Origin: Alphaproteobacteria bacterium
GTDB lineage: Bacteria > Pseudomonadota > Alphaproteobacteria > UBA828
Length of the DNA stretch: 64,000 bases
Direction: 5' to 3'
Assembly: GCA_965221125.1 (NCBI GenBank)
Contig: CBDCRW010000007.1
Coordinates: 840,846-904,845, forward strand
The notes under the pieces are model-generated. The model did not search any database. It was not told the DNA's origin and saw only the letters and a list, made by a program, of their open reading frames with translations. A program made the position numbers and the translations under genes. Each line of letters opens with the position of its first letter. The stretch's first letter is position 1. Positions 37,784-48,317 of the stretch are shown here, piece after piece.

Positions 37784-37843
37784 GTTGACGCGGCGAGGCC
37801 GCGCCCAGGTCGAGCCCACCCATCCATCGCAACACCGGCGGCC

Positions 37844-39091
37844 ATGAAGCAGAACACGGACTTCTGCTTTGCCGACGCCGTCGGACCCGGCGGCATGGAC
37901 CGCGCCGCATTCCAAGAACTGCTGCCCGAGGCGGCGCGCGCGCTGGACCGGCTGCGGCTGGCGCGCACGGCGCAAGCACATCCCTTTCTCACCCTCCCCG
38001 AGAGGCGCGACGACCTCCCGGCGCTGGAGGCGCTGGCCAGCGAATGGCGCAGGCGCTATCGCCGCCTCGTCGTGCTCGGCACCGGCGGCGCCAATCTCGG
38101 CGGCCAGGCGCTTGCCGCGACCGGGCCGCAACGCGACCGGCTTCTCTTCCTGGACAACGGCGACGGCGACCGTCTCGATCGCGTTCTGAGCGGACCGGAC
38201 CTCGACAGCACCGGCTTTCTGGTCATCTCGAAGTCGGGCGCCACCGCCGAGACCCTCGCCCAGGCGATGCTCGTGCTGGGCAGCGCCGGGTCCGAGGCGG
38301 TCACCGTCATCACCCAGCCCGGCGACAGCCCGGCCCGCCGTCTGGCCGCGCGCTTCGGCCTGCCGCTTCTCGATCACGATCCCGCCCTCGGTGGCCGCTA
38401 CTCGGCGCTCTCTCTGGTGGGCCTGCTGCCGGCACTGTTCGCAGGCGCCGATGGCGAGGCCGCCCGCGCGGGCGCCCATACAGTTCTCTCGGAAGCGCTG
38501 GAGGCGCCCTCGCCCGAGCAATCGGCGCCGGCGGCGGGCGCCGCGCTCGCGGTCGCGGCCATGCAGGCCTGGCCGGCCGCCAGCATGGTGCTCATGCCCT
38601 ACGGGCCCGACCTCCACGCGCTCGGCCTCTGGTATCGCCAGCTCTGGGCCGAATCGCTCGGCAAGGACGGGTGCGGCTCGACCCCGATTCTGGCGCCAGG
38701 CCCGGTGGACCAGCACAGCCAGCTTCAGCTCTTCCTGGACGGGCCGGGCGGAAACCTCTTCACCATCCTCGAGGCGCCGGACCCGACGCCGCGGCGTGTG
38801 GACGCAGCGCTGGCAGAAGAGATCGGGGCCGGATACCTGGGCGGCCGGACCATGGGCGAGCTGATCGCGGCGCAGGCGCGCGCCACGGCCGCCATGCTGG
38901 CGGACGCCGGCCGCCCGGTGCGAAGGCTCTCGCTCCCCGCCGCCGATGCGCGGGCCGTCGGTGGGCTGATGATGCACTTCATGCTAGAGACGGTGGTGGC
39001 CGCGCACTTGCTCGGCGTCGACCCCTTCGATCAGCCGGCTGTAGAGCAGGGCAAGACGCTGGTGCGCCGCGACCTGGAGAGCAAGCCATGA
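37844..39091 (+). CDS. pgi: Glucose-6-phosphate isomerase (short type)
   Basis: [45 protein letters not shown]. Confidence 0.87.
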   Translation: MKQNTDFCFADAVGPGGMDRAAFQELLPEAARALDRLRLARTAQAHPFLTLPERRDDLPALEALASEWRRRYRRLVVLGTGGANLGGQALAATGPQRDRLLFLDNGDGDRLDRVLSGPDLDSTGFLVISKSGATAETLAQAMLVLGSAGSEAVTVITQPGDSPARRLAARFGLPLLDHDPALGGRYSALSLVGLLPALFAGADGEAARAGAHTVLSEALEAPSPEQSAPAAGAALAVAAMQAWPAASMVLMPYGPDLHALGLWYRQLWAESLGKDGCGSTPILAPGPVDQHSQLQLFLDGPGGNLFTILEAPDPTPRRVDAALAEEIGAGYLGGRTMGELIAAQARATAAMLADAGRPVRRLSLPAADARAVGGLMMHFMLETVVAAHLLGVDPFDQPAVEQGKTLVRRDLESKP

Positions 39092-40920
39092 CGATTCGCC
39101 TCCTGCCCGAAGGCGTGGTCAACCGCATCGCGGCGGGAGAGGTGATCGAACGGCCGGCGTCGGTGGTCAAGGAGCTGGTCGAGAACGCCATCGACGCGGG
39201 CGCGCGCTCCATCGAGATCACGCTGGAGGAAAGCGGCCGCCGGCTGATCCGGGTGGCCGACGACGGGCACGGCATGGGGCGCGACGAGCTGCCGCTGGCG
39301 CTCGCCCGCCACGCCACCTCCAAGCTCGCGCAGGACGGCGATCTCTGGTCCATCGCGACCCTGGGCTTTCGCGGCGAGGCGCTGCCCTCCATCGCCTCGG
39401 TCAGCCGGCTCACGCTCACCAGCCGCGCGGCCGGCGCCGACAACGCCTGGTCGATCGAGGCCGCCGCCGGTGCCGCCGGCGACTGCACGCCTGCCGCCCG
39501 GCCGCAGGGCACCACGGTCGCGGTGGCAGACCTCTTCTATGCCACGCCGGCGCGGCTCAAGTTCCTCAAGGCGCCCCGCACCGAATCGGGACATGCCGCG
39601 GACACCGTCAACCGCCTCGCCATGTGCCATCCGGCCGTCGGCTTCATCCTGGTCGGCGACGGCCGCACGCTGCTGCGCGACGGGCCGCACGAGGACGCGC
39701 CGGCAGGGCGCCTCGCCCGTCTCGCGCTGGTCATGGGCCGCGACTTCGCGGCGAACGCGCTCCCCATCGACGCGGAGCGCGACGGCGTGCGCCTCACCGG
39801 CTATGCGGCGCTCCCCACGCTGAACCGCGCCAGCGCGCAGCACCAGTATCTCTTCGTCAACGGGCGCCCGGTGCGCGACCGTCTGCTGCACGGCGCGGTG
39901 CGCGGGGCTTACGCCGATCACCTCCACCGCGGGCGCCATCCCATGGCGGCGCTCTTCGTCGACCTCGCGCCCGACATGGTGGACGTGAACGTCCACCCGA
40001 CGAAGGCGGAGGTGCGCTTCCGCAATGCGGCCCTGGTGCGCGGCCTCATCGTGAGCGCGCTCAAGCGCGCCCTCGCCGCCGCCGGGCATCATGCGGCCAC
40101 GACGGTCGCCGACGAGACTCTCGCCGCAATGAGGCCGCACACGGGCGGCGTCGGCCGCGCGGCGGCTGCCCCCGATGGGGGGTATGGCCCTCCCCCACCG
40201 TCCCGCGCACCGCTGCTCGCCGAGGCCCAGTCGTACTACCACGCGCCGCTCGACAGCCCCTCCGCCCGCGTCGAAGGGGCGCCACCGGACGCTGCGGCTG
40301 CGGCGCATCAAGCGGAGGGCGAGGAGCGCGCGCCCGTAGCCTATCCCCTGGGAGTCGCCCGCGGGCAGGTGCACGGCACCTACGTCGTGGCCCAGACCGG
40401 GGACGGCATCGTGATCGTGGACCAGCACGCCGCCCATGAGCGCATCGTCTATGAGCGCATGAAGGCGGCGCTCGCTGATACCGGCATCCAGCGCCAGATT
40501 CTGCTGATCCCGGAAGTGGTCGAGCTCCACGACGCGGCGGTGGCACGCCTGGAGGCGCGGGCCGGCGAGCTGGCGGACCTCGGCCTGGTGCTGGAGCGCT
40601 TCGGCGCGGGCGCCGTGGTGGTGCGCGAGGTGCCGGCGCTCATCGGCGATGGCAACACGCAGGGGCTGGTGCGCGACCTCGCCGACGAGCTTGCCGAATG
40701 GGACGATTCCTCCTCGCTGCGCCAGCGGCTCGCGGACGTGTGCAGCACGCTGGCCTGCCACGGCAGCGTCCGCGCCGGCCGCAGGCTGAATGCCGACGAG
40801 ATGAACGCGCTGCTGCGCCAGATGGAGGCGACGCCCCACGCCGGCCAGTGCAACCACGGCCGGCCGACCTACGTCGAGCTCAAGCTCGCCGATATCGAGC
40901 GCCTGTTCGGCCGCCGTTAG
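39088..40920 (+). CDS. mutL: DNA mismatch repair endonuclease MutL
   Basis: [47 protein letters not shown]. Confidence 0.97.
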   Translation: MTIRLLPEGVVNRIAAGEVIERPASVVKELVENAIDAGARSIEITLEESGRRLIRVADDGHGMGRDELPLALARHATSKLAQDGDLWSIATLGFRGEALPSIASVSRLTLTSRAAGADNAWSIEAAAGAAGDCTPAARPQGTTVAVADLFYATPARLKFLKAPRTESGHAADTVNRLAMCHPAVGFILVGDGRTLLRDGPHEDAPAGRLARLALVMGRDFAANALPIDAERDGVRLTGYAALPTLNRASAQHQYLFVNGRPVRDRLLHGAVRGAYADHLHRGRHPMAALFVDLAPDMVDVNVHPTKAEVRFRNAALVRGLIVSALKRALAAAGHHAATTVADETLAAMRPHTGGVGRAAAAPDGGYGPPPPSRAPLLAEAQSYYHAPLDSPSARVEGAPPDAAAAAHQAEGEERAPVAYPLGVARGQVHGTYVVAQTGDGIVIVDQHAAHERIVYERMKAALADTGIQRQILLIPEVVELHDAAVARLEARAGELADLGLVLERFGAGAVVVREVPALIGDGNTQGLVRDLADELAEWDDSSSLRQRLADVCSTLACHGSVRAGRRLNADEMNALLRQMEATPHAGQCNHGRPTYVELKLADIERLFGRR

Positions 40921-40958
40921 CTGAAGGCAAACCGGGAACGGGAGTAAGGAAGAAAGGC

Positions 40959-41549
40959 ATGGAACGGGACGCGCGCTATCCGGATTACATCGGCATCTCG
41001 GACGTGAGCACGCAGTCATTCGAGCAGATGCGTGTCGAGGGCTACTTCGACGGGCAGCCCTCCATCATGTTCGACGAGCCGGAAGGATTCGATATCGGCG
41101 ATCCGCCCGAGCTGCAGGGAAAGTCGCGCGGCTGGACTCCGGTTCACGCCCAGCTTTGTGCCCTGGCCTCATGCACGTCGATCACCATCACCGTGGTCGC
41201 CCGCGACCAGGGGTTCAAGTACCAGGACCTGAGAACCGACATCCGTTCTCTCATCGATATCAGAGGGTTCTTTTTCGATCTTCACATGCAGCCGCAATAC
41301 GAGCAGATCAATTTCGACCTGCACGTGAAGACGCGGGAGAAGACGGAGCGGGTGAAGGCGCTCGCCAGGGAGACGGATCGCCGCTGCCCGCAGATCGGCC
41401 TGTTCAGGAAAGCCGGCATCCCCATGGTGATGAGCTGGTATCGCGAGGGATCGAAGAGGCCGCTGTTCGTCGACAAGTTCCACATCGGCCGCGGCAGGAC
41501 TCCGGAAGAAAAGCTGATCGCGCAGCACAAGAAATCCGAAGGGACGTAA
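40959..41549 (+). CDS. OsmC-like family protein
   Basis: FDEP..G..G.TP..ALASC and RRCP two-Cys pattern. Confidence 0.72.
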   Translation: MERDARYPDYIGISDVSTQSFEQMRVEGYFDGQPSIMFDEPEGFDIGDPPELQGKSRGWTPVHAQLCALASCTSITITVVARDQGFKYQDLRTDIRSLIDIRGFFFDLHMQPQYEQINFDLHVKTREKTERVKALARETDRRCPQIGLFRKAGIPMVMSWYREGSKRPLFVDKFHIGRGRTPEEKLIAQHKKSEGT

Positions 41550-41573
41550 CGGCCTGCCCACCCGCTCTTCGGC

Positions 41574-42278
41574 TCAGTCGCCGAAGTACGCCGCCGCGAT
41601 GTCGGCGGATTCGCGCAGCTCTTCCGGTGTCCTCTTCTCGCCCATGTGGCCGGTCTCCAGCAGGTAGACCTCCTGCGCCAGGCTCATGGCGAAGTTCGCG
41701 TTCTGCTCGGTGATGATTATCGTGAGGCCGAGGCGCTCGTTGCAGTCCCTGAGAACGGCGGCGATGTCGAGGCACACCTTGGGGGCGAGGCCGAGCGTGG
41801 GCTCGTCGACCATGAGGAGCTTGGGGCTCGACATCAGCGCCCGGCCGAGCGAGGCCATCTGGCGCTCGCCGCCCGACTGGGTCGCCGTCTCCTGTCTCTG
41901 GCGCTCCTCCAGGCGCGGGAAGAGATCGAAGACGGTCCTGAGATTCTCCTCGATCGCGTCGCGCTTGCGGTAGGCGCCGACGAGCAGGTTCTCCTTCACC
42001 CCCATGAAGGGGAAGAGGTTGCCGCGCTCCGGCGCGTAGCCGATGCCGAGCCGGACGATCCGCGCCGGCGCCATGCGGCTGATGTCGCGGCCTTCGAATT
42101 CGATCTTCCCGCGCCGGCGGGTAAGCCCGATGATCGAGTCGAGGAGGGTCGACTTGCCGGCGCCGTTGGGACCCACCACGGCGACGATCCGGCCGGCCTC
42201 CACCTCGAGCGAGACGCCGTGCAGCGCCTGGGCGCGGCCGTAGAAGACGTCGAGGTCGCCGATGCTCAGCAGCGCCAC
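41574..42278 (-). CDS. Liv-type ABC transporter ATP-binding protein (LivF-like)
   Basis: GPNGAGKST, LFPRLEER, SGGERQM, DEPTLGLAP, EQNA. Confidence 0.92.
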   Translation of the reverse strand: MALLSIGDLDVFYGRAQALHGVSLEVEAGRIVAVVGPNGAGKSTLLDSIIGLTRRRGKIEFEGRDISRMAPARIVRLGIGYAPERGNLFPFMGVKENLLVGAYRKRDAIEENLRTVFDLFPRLEERQRQETATQSGGERQMASLGRALMSSPKLLMVDEPTLGLAPKVCLDIAAVLRDCNERLGLTIIITEQNANFAMSLAQEVYLLETGHMGEKRTPEELRESADIAAAYFGD

Positions 42279-42299
42279 GGCTCGCCCCCCTGCCCGCCT

Positions 42300-43037
42300 C
42301 TATTGCCCGAGATAGGCATCGCGCACCGCCTCGTCCTTCACCACCTCGTCGAACGTCCCTTCGGCAATGAGCGCGCCGAAGGACATCACGATGACCCGGT
42401 CGACCAGCGGCGCGAGCGCGCGCAGGTCGTGGCTCACGATGATGTAGGTGAGCCCGTCCTTGCGCTTCTTCTCGACCAGCAGCTCGGAGATCTGCCCGAT
42501 CTCCCTCAGCGTGAGGCCGGCGAAGACCTCGTCGAGCAGGAGCAGCCTGGGCGAGACGGCGACGTTGCGCGCCATCTCCAGCCGCCGCAGGTCGCCCATG
42601 GCGAGCTCGCTCGGCAGCGCATCGATCTGCTCGTCGGAGAAGCCGACGCTGCGGCCGATCTCCGCCTCCGCCGCGAGGTCCGCGCCTTCGCTGATGAGCT
42701 TCCAGATGTTGTCGGGCGCCATGCCGACACGGATGTTGGAGCCCACCGACATCTCGCCGAAGGGCTGCGGCACCTGGTAGGTGCGCGCGATGCCGCGCTT
42801 TACCCGCTCGTGCGTCGGCACGCGCGTGACGTTCTCGCCGCCGAACCATATTTCGCCGCTGGTGGGCTTCAGCTCCGCCATGATCATGTTGAAGACGGTG
42901 GTCTTGCCGGCGCCGTTGGGGCCGATCAGGCCGAGGGTCTCGCCCTCCGCCACCTGGAAGGAGATGCCCTGCACGGCGCGGATGCCGCCGAAGGTCATGT
43001 GGAGGTCGCGCACCTCCAGCAGCGGGCCGGCGTTCAC
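42300..43037 (-). CDS. Liv-type ABC transporter ATP-binding protein (LivG-like)
   Basis: FGGIRAV, GPNGAGKTT, GIARTYQ, LLLDE, VRDAYLG; GTG start at 43037. Confidence 0.92.
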   Translation of the reverse strand: MNAGPLLEVRDLHMTFGGIRAVQGISFQVAEGETLGLIGPNGAGKTTVFNMIMAELKPTSGEIWFGGENVTRVPTHERVKRGIARTYQVPQPFGEMSVGSNIRVGMAPDNIWKLISEGADLAAEAEIGRSVGFSDEQIDALPSELAMGDLRRLEMARNVAVSPRLLLLDEVFAGLTLREIGQISELLVEKKRKDGLTYIIVSHDLRALAPLVDRVIVMSFGALIAEGTFDEVVKDEAVRDAYLGQ

Positions 43038-43987
43038 CGCCGCCACTCCTGCACCTTGCGGCCCGCGTCGGCGATGATGCTGTAGATGCCCTCGGGCCTG
43101 ACGACGTAGAGCACCAGCGCGATCCCGCCGTAGAGAAGATAGCGCTCCATGCCGGGCATCACCGGCCGCAGGTACTCCAGCAGCACGGTCAGGAAGTAGG
43201 CGCCCATGATCGGGCCGATGATGGTCTCCGCTCCGCCCAGCAGCGCCGCCACCAGGATGGTGAAGAGGAAGTTGATCTCGAACATGCCGCGCGGCGCGAT
43301 CGAGCCGATGTAGTGGACGTAGAAGGCGCCGCCGACTCCGGAGACCGCCGCGCTCACGCTGAAGGCGAAGAGCTTGAGCTTGGTGGTGCTGTGCCCGGTG
43401 CTGCGGACCGCCTCCTCGTTCATCCGGATGGCGCTGAGCGCTACGCCCAGCCGCGTGCGGATCAGCAGCCAGAGCACCACGCCGATCACGAACATGATGC
43501 CGAAGCTCAGGTAGTAGTTGTTGACCGCGCCGGTAACGATGCTGTCGAGGCCGGAGATGCCGCGCGTGCCGCCGGTGACCTTGGGCGCCACCACCTTCGT
43601 GAGCTGGTAGAGGATCTCCATGAAGGCGAGCGTGACGAGCGCGAAGTAGGTGCCGCGGATGCGCAGCGCCGGCAGGAAGAAGAGCGTGCCGCCCACCAGG
43701 GTCGCCACGATCGCCGCCGGAATGCTGAAGTAGATCGGCACGTCGAAGCGGAAGCTCAGGATCGCGGTCGTGTAGCCGGCGATGCCGATGAGGAAGGGAT
43801 GGCCGAAGCTGATGTAGCCGGTGCGGCCGGAAAGAAAGTCCCAACTCATGGCGAACATCGCCAGGAAGTGGGCGAAGATCAGGATGCGCAGCGTGCCCGT
43901 GCCGACCACCAGCGGCAGCAGGCACATGAGCACGCCGAAGGCGAGCCACCAGCCGAGATAGCGTATCGTCTCGCGGTCGATCGCCAC
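43034..43987 (-). CDS. Liv-type ABC transporter permease (LivM-like)
   Basis: G.ISFGH, RIRGTYFALVTLAF, TGG..G, AIRMNE. Confidence 0.92.
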   Translation of the reverse strand: MAIDRETIRYLGWWLAFGVLMCLLPLVVGTGTLRILIFAHFLAMFAMSWDFLSGRTGYISFGHPFLIGIAGYTTAILSFRFDVPIYFSIPAAIVATLVGGTLFFLPALRIRGTYFALVTLAFMEILYQLTKVVAPKVTGGTRGISGLDSIVTGAVNNYYLSFGIMFVIGVVLWLLIRTRLGVALSAIRMNEEAVRSTGHSTTKLKLFAFSVSAAVSGVGGAFYVHYIGSIAPRGMFEINFLFTILVAALLGGAETIIGPIMGAYFLTVLLEYLRPVMPGMERYLLYGGIALVLYVVRPEGIYSIIADAGRKVQEWRR

Positions 43988-43990
43988 GGC

Positions 43991-44845
43991 TCAGAGCTCC
44001 GCCCTGCCGAACAGGCCCTTGGGCCGGACCAGCAGGACCAGGATGATGAGCAGCATGGTGGAGACGCCGCGCAGCTCGGCCGCGATGATGGTCGTCGTGA
44101 TCGTCTCCACGAAGCCGATGATGTGCGCGGCGATCAGGCTGCCCACGATGCTGCCGATGCCGCCGACGATGACCACGGCGACCGAGATGATGAGCGGGAA
44201 CACCCACATGTGGGAGTCGAGCTGGGTGAACGTCGCGAAGAAGACGCCGGCGATGGCGCCGAAGGCGCCGGAGAGCGCCCAGGTCACCATGCTGATGACG
44301 CTGGGCTCGATGCCCGAGATCACCGCGCCCTTGCGGTCCATGGAGACGGCGCGGATGGCGCGGCCGAGATGGGTATAGCGGACGAAGGCCATGAGGCTGC
44401 CGAGCACCACCCAGCTCACGCCCGTCGCCAGCAGGATGTTCATGGTGACCGAGATGCCCTCGAAGCGAAGCACGCCCCGGATCACCGGCCACATCGTCTT
44501 GGGCGCGGCGCCGAAGATCACCACGACCAGCGCCTGCATGACGACGGCGAGGATCAGCGTCGAGATCTCGACCGCGATCGGGTTGTCCTCCAGCCGGCGC
44601 ACCAGGAGCAGATAGGTGAGCAGGCCGAAGGTCACGCCCGCCATGATCGCCAGGATGAAGCTCGCGAAGACCGGCAGCCCCGCATCCTGCAGGGCGGCGT
44701 AGTAGATATAGCCGCCCAGCATGATGTAGACGCCGTAGGCTAGGTTCAGCACCCGGCCCACGCTGAAGATCATGGTGAAACCGACGGCGATCAGCGCATA
44801 GAGGCCGCTGAGCACAAATCCCTGGATCAGGATCTGGAGGGCCAT
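43991..44845 (-). CDS. Liv-type ABC transporter permease (LivH-like)
   Basis: YALIAVGFTMIF..NLAYG, GRAIRA, VGGIGS, RPKGLFG. Confidence 0.92.
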   Translation of the reverse strand: MALQILIQGFVLSGLYALIAVGFTMIFSVGRVLNLAYGVYIMLGGYIYYAALQDAGLPVFASFILAIMAGVTFGLLTYLLLVRRLEDNPIAVEISTLILAVVMQALVVVIFGAAPKTMWPVIRGVLRFEGISVTMNILLATGVSWVVLGSLMAFVRYTHLGRAIRAVSMDRKGAVISGIEPSVISMVTWALSGAFGAIAGVFFATFTQLDSHMWVFPLIISVAVVIVGGIGSIVGSLIAAHIIGFVETITTTIIAAELRGVSTMLLIILVLLVRPKGLFGRAEL

Positions 44846-44927
44846 CCGGGTTGGCTCACCCGTCGCCGCGCCGGCGCCCGCGTGCCGCCCGGAGCGGAAC
44901 CATTAGCGACTGCCCCGATCGGTTGCG

Positions 44928-44968
44928 GACAAAGGAAATCGGGCGCGGCCTGCGAGACCGCGCCCGAT
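44928..44968 (-). terminator. Hairpin/terminator downstream of the substrate-binding gene
   Basis: ATCGGGCGCGG..CCGCGCCCGAT stem with a T-rich tail on the minus strand. Confidence 0.55.
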
Positions 44969-44979
44969 GGATGGCCTGC

Positions 44980-46284
44980 CTATTTCAGCCAGTCCGGCAC
45001 CTCGAACTCGCCGTTGGCGTACTTCGGCGGGTAGACCACCTTGGTCGAGCCATCCGAGTACCACTGGATGACCACCATCGACGGCGCCCCGTCGTCATAG
45101 GGCGGGCTGATGTCGAACTTGATGTTGTGGGTGTACTCCCGCTGGGTCCGGGGCTCGATCTCGCCCGGCTTCCAGAAGGCGTAGCGGAGCCACATCTCGC
45201 CGTCCTTCTCGACGACGATATCGTCGTTCTCCATCTCGCGGACCCAGTCGTCGAGCGGCGCGAAGCCGCCGGCGCGCTCGGCTGCGGCGAAGGCGTTGAG
45301 CATCCCGTAGTAGGCGTTGAAGCCGTTGAAGTGCGGGAAGACCGGCCGCGAGTCGCCGTACTTCGCGGTGTACCTGTCGAGGAAGTCCTGCGTGCGCGGG
45401 TCGATCTCCGAGCCGATCGAGGGCACCGGGCTCAGCGTCGAGATGCCGCCGCCGAGGCCGCCGGTGTCGTCCCAGAACTCCCGGGCGAAGGCCGAGACGT
45501 TGATCCCGGTCATCGGCACCGGCACCTCCAGCTTCACGTACTGCGAGGCCGGCACCTGGCTGCGCACCGCCGCAATCGAGTAGATGAAGTCGGGCTCGGC
45601 CGCCACCGCCTTGTTGTAGATCGGGCCGAAGTCGACCGTGTTGGTGTCGTAGACGGTGTGGCCGATGATCTCGATGCCGGCTTCCGGCGCGAGCACCTGC
45701 TCGATCAGCTCGTAGACGCCGCCGCCGAACGCGGTGTCCTCCTGCAGGACGTACACCGTCTTCCAGCCCATCTTCTTGGCCAGCACGTCCTTGCCGAAGT
45801 CGACGTAGAGAATGGCCAGCGCGTAGTCGTTGGAGACGTTCATGAAGTACATCTTGTACTTCTCGTACTCCTCCACGACCTTGTCGATGATGCCGACGTA
45901 CGAGGTCCAGGTATCCAGCGTCGGCGTCCGGTACTCCGCCATGCGCTCGAGCCAGCCCAGCGACACGTCGTCGATGCAGCCCGAGATGATGAAGTCGACG
46001 TTCTCGACCTCATTCAGATACTCGTAGGCGCGAATGCCTTCCTGCACGTCCTCGCGCGTGTCGGCCATGACCAGCTCGATCATGCGCCCGCCAAGTACGC
46101 CGCCGTTCGCGTTCAGCTCCTCGATGGCGATCTCGGTACCCCGGATCGTGCTCTTGCCGGTATCGGTGTCGAACGAGCCGATATAGCCCACCTTGATAGG
46201 ATCTGCGGCGGGCGCAGCCGTGGTAAGCGACCAGACGGCAGCCGTCGCGATTGCGGCTCCGATCAGCAGGTGACGGACTCTCAT
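44980..46284 (-). CDS. Liv-type ABC transporter substrate-binding protein
   Basis: Signal peptide, PIKVG, AIEELNANGGVLGGR.IELV..D; start at ATG 46284. Confidence 0.9.
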   Translation of the reverse strand: MRVRHLLIGAAIATAAVWSLTTAAPAADPIKVGYIGSFDTDTGKSTIRGTEIAIEELNANGGVLGGRMIELVMADTREDVQEGIRAYEYLNEVENVDFIISGCIDDVSLGWLERMAEYRTPTLDTWTSYVGIIDKVVEEYEKYKMYFMNVSNDYALAILYVDFGKDVLAKKMGWKTVYVLQEDTAFGGGVYELIEQVLAPEAGIEIIGHTVYDTNTVDFGPIYNKAVAAEPDFIYSIAAVRSQVPASQYVKLEVPVPMTGINVSAFAREFWDDTGGLGGGISTLSPVPSIGSEIDPRTQDFLDRYTAKYGDSRPVFPHFNGFNAYYGMLNAFAAAERAGGFAPLDDWVREMENDDIVVEKDGEMWLRYAFWKPGEIEPRTQREYTHNIKFDISPPYDDGAPSMVVIQWYSDGSTKVVYPPKYANGEFEVPDWLK

Positions 46285-46395
46285 GACCACCCTCCCTTTT
46301 CTGTCATTGGCGTCGCGCGCATGACACTCTAGAGCGGTTCCCCGGCGAAGAAAACATGCCTGCGCCGCAGGCCACCGATGCGCCTGCTGCATCCC

Positions 46396-47262
46396 TCAGG
46401 CGCCGCTCCAACCCCCGGCCAGATAGCTCTCGATGAAGGCAGAGCGATGGCCCGATTCGGCCCACAGGATGGGGAAGAACGTCTCGTCCATCGCCGTGTC
46501 GCCGGCCCGCTTGTAGCGGCCGTAGATCGCGCCCACGTTCCTCTCGTGGAAGCGGGCCTCGCTGGAGAAACAATGCAGCACCAGGCTGCGCCGCCCGATC
46601 CCGGCGGCTTCCGCGAGCGAGCCGTGCCAGGTTCGGCCGTGATGGAAGGCGCCGCCCCCGGCCGGCACTTCGACCGGCACCAGCTCCACGCTTCGTCCGG
46701 CCCCGGCCGCCGCTTCGCTCAGCGCCGCCAGCGGCTCGTCCGGCGCGTGGAACGTGTCAGGTTGCGGAGAGAGCCCCCAGCGGTGCGAACTCCTGGCGTA
46801 GTGGATCGTTCCGGCGTCCTCTCGCGTATCGTCCAGGGCGATCCAGCAACTGGTCATCTCGGGCGGTACGACCCAGTCGATGTAGCTCGCATCCTGGTGG
46901 AAGCCCAGGGACTTGCCGCCCGGCGGCTTCCACAGCAGATTGTCCTGCGCGAGCCGCGCGCCCGGCCAGCCGGAGAGGGCCGCGCAGGCTTCTCCGATCT
47001 CGGCGGAGAGAACCGTCGCGGCGATGGTTCGGTCCGCCTTCCAGCCGTTGCAGATCTGCCGCGTGAGATCGTCCGCGTCGCGGCCCGCGCGCCAGTTCCA
47101 CTCGTCGGGCAGCAGGCCCGTCTCGAACTCCCCTCGAAACATCGGCTCGAAGCGCTCGCGAAGGCGGACCGCCGTCTCGGGCGGGATGATGCGCGGCACG
47201 ACGACGAAGCCGTCCTCGGCATACGACGCGCGCTGTTCCGCAGTCAGCGCGAACCCGGCCAT
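46396..47262 (-). CDS. Phytanoyl-CoA dioxygenase (PhyH) family protein
   Basis: LTAEQ..Y.EDGF, FHQD, WIALDD, WHGS; start at ATG 47262. Confidence 0.9.
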   Translation of the reverse strand: MAGFALTAEQRASYAEDGFVVVPRIIPPETAVRLRERFEPMFRGEFETGLLPDEWNWRAGRDADDLTRQICNGWKADRTIAATVLSAEIGEACAALSGWPGARLAQDNLLWKPPGGKSLGFHQDASYIDWVVPPEMTSCWIALDDTREDAGTIHYARSSHRWGLSPQPDTFHAPDEPLAALSEAAAGAGRSVELVPVEVPAGGGAFHHGRTWHGSLAEAAGIGRRSLVLHCFSSEARFHERNVGAIYGRYKRAGDTAMDETFFPILWAESGHRSAFIESYLAGGWSGA

Positions 47263-47379
47263 GCTCACTCCCCGCAAACCGCCCCGGCGTGATGACGCCA
47301 TCATAGGAACGCCAGGATGGGAGACAACGGCGCGCCACGCGCTTTGCAAATCGCGGCGCCGGATGGGACAAGGGCGCCC

Positions 47380-48258
47380 ATGAACGACCCCGGCGGCATC
47401 CCCATCCTGCCCGGCCTTGCCTCGCTGATGGCCGACTACGACGGCTGCATCCTCGACGTATGGGGCGTGATGCACCAGGGCGGGCCCGCGTATCCGGAAG
47501 CGCTCGGCTGCCTGCGCCGCCTGCGCGCCGCCGGCAAGCGGATCGTGTTTCTCTCCAATGCACCCCGCCTTTGCGGGCAGGTCGAACGCGTCCTCAACGG
47601 CAAGGGGGTCGACCCGGCGCTCTACGATGCCGTGGTCGCGTCCGGCGACGCCGCGCGGCGGGCGCTGGCGGACCCCGCGCTGATCCCGTTCGAGCGGCTC
47701 GGTGCCCGCTACCACCTGCTAGGGCCGCCCGGCTCCGACGACGTGCTCGAAGGGCTGGACTACGCCGCCGCCGACGTCGCTCAGGCGGATTTTCTGCTGG
47801 GCATCGGCCTCGACGACGGGCGGAACACGGTCGAGGAGCACGAGCCGATCCTGCAGGCTGCGGTTGCCCGCGATCTGCCCATGATATGCGTCAACCCGGA
47901 CCTGCTGGTGATCCGGCTCGGCGTCCAGGAACCCTGCGCCGGCGCGCTCGCCGCGCGTTACGAGGCGATCAGCGGCCGCGTGCGCCACTACGGCAAGCCG
48001 TATCCGGACGTCTACGACCTGGCGCTGGCGAAGCTGGAACTCGCGCCCGCGCGCGTGCTCGCAGTGGGTGACGGGCTCGGCACCGACATCGCCGGCGCGA
48101 ATGCCGTCGGCCTCGATTCGCTCCTGATTACCGGCGGCCTGCTCGCCGATGCGCTCGACCTCGCACCCGGCACGGCGCCGAGCGCCCGAGCCCTGGATGA
48201 GGCTTGCCGGGCCGCAGGCGCGAGGCCCAGCGCTGCGCTCGCGACGTTCGTTTGGTAA
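47380..48258 (+). CDS. TIGR01459-family HAD-IIA hydrolase
   Basis: DVWGVMH, LSNAPR, CVNPD, GKPYP, VGDGLGTDIAGA. Confidence 0.9.
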   Translation: MNDPGGIPILPGLASLMADYDGCILDVWGVMHQGGPAYPEALGCLRRLRAAGKRIVFLSNAPRLCGQVERVLNGKGVDPALYDAVVASGDAARRALADPALIPFERLGARYHLLGPPGSDDVLEGLDYAAADVAQADFLLGIGLDDGRNTVEEHEPILQAAVARDLPMICVNPDLLVIRLGVQEPCAGALAARYEAISGRVRHYGKPYPDVYDLALAKLELAPARVLAVGDGLGTDIAGANAVGLDSLLITGGLLADALDLAPGTAPSARALDEACRAAGARPSAALATFVW

Positions 48259-48317
48259 TAGCACCCTCAAGATAAATTTATTGGCGCAGGCCCGATGCGC
48301 GCCCAATAGTCAGTCCC

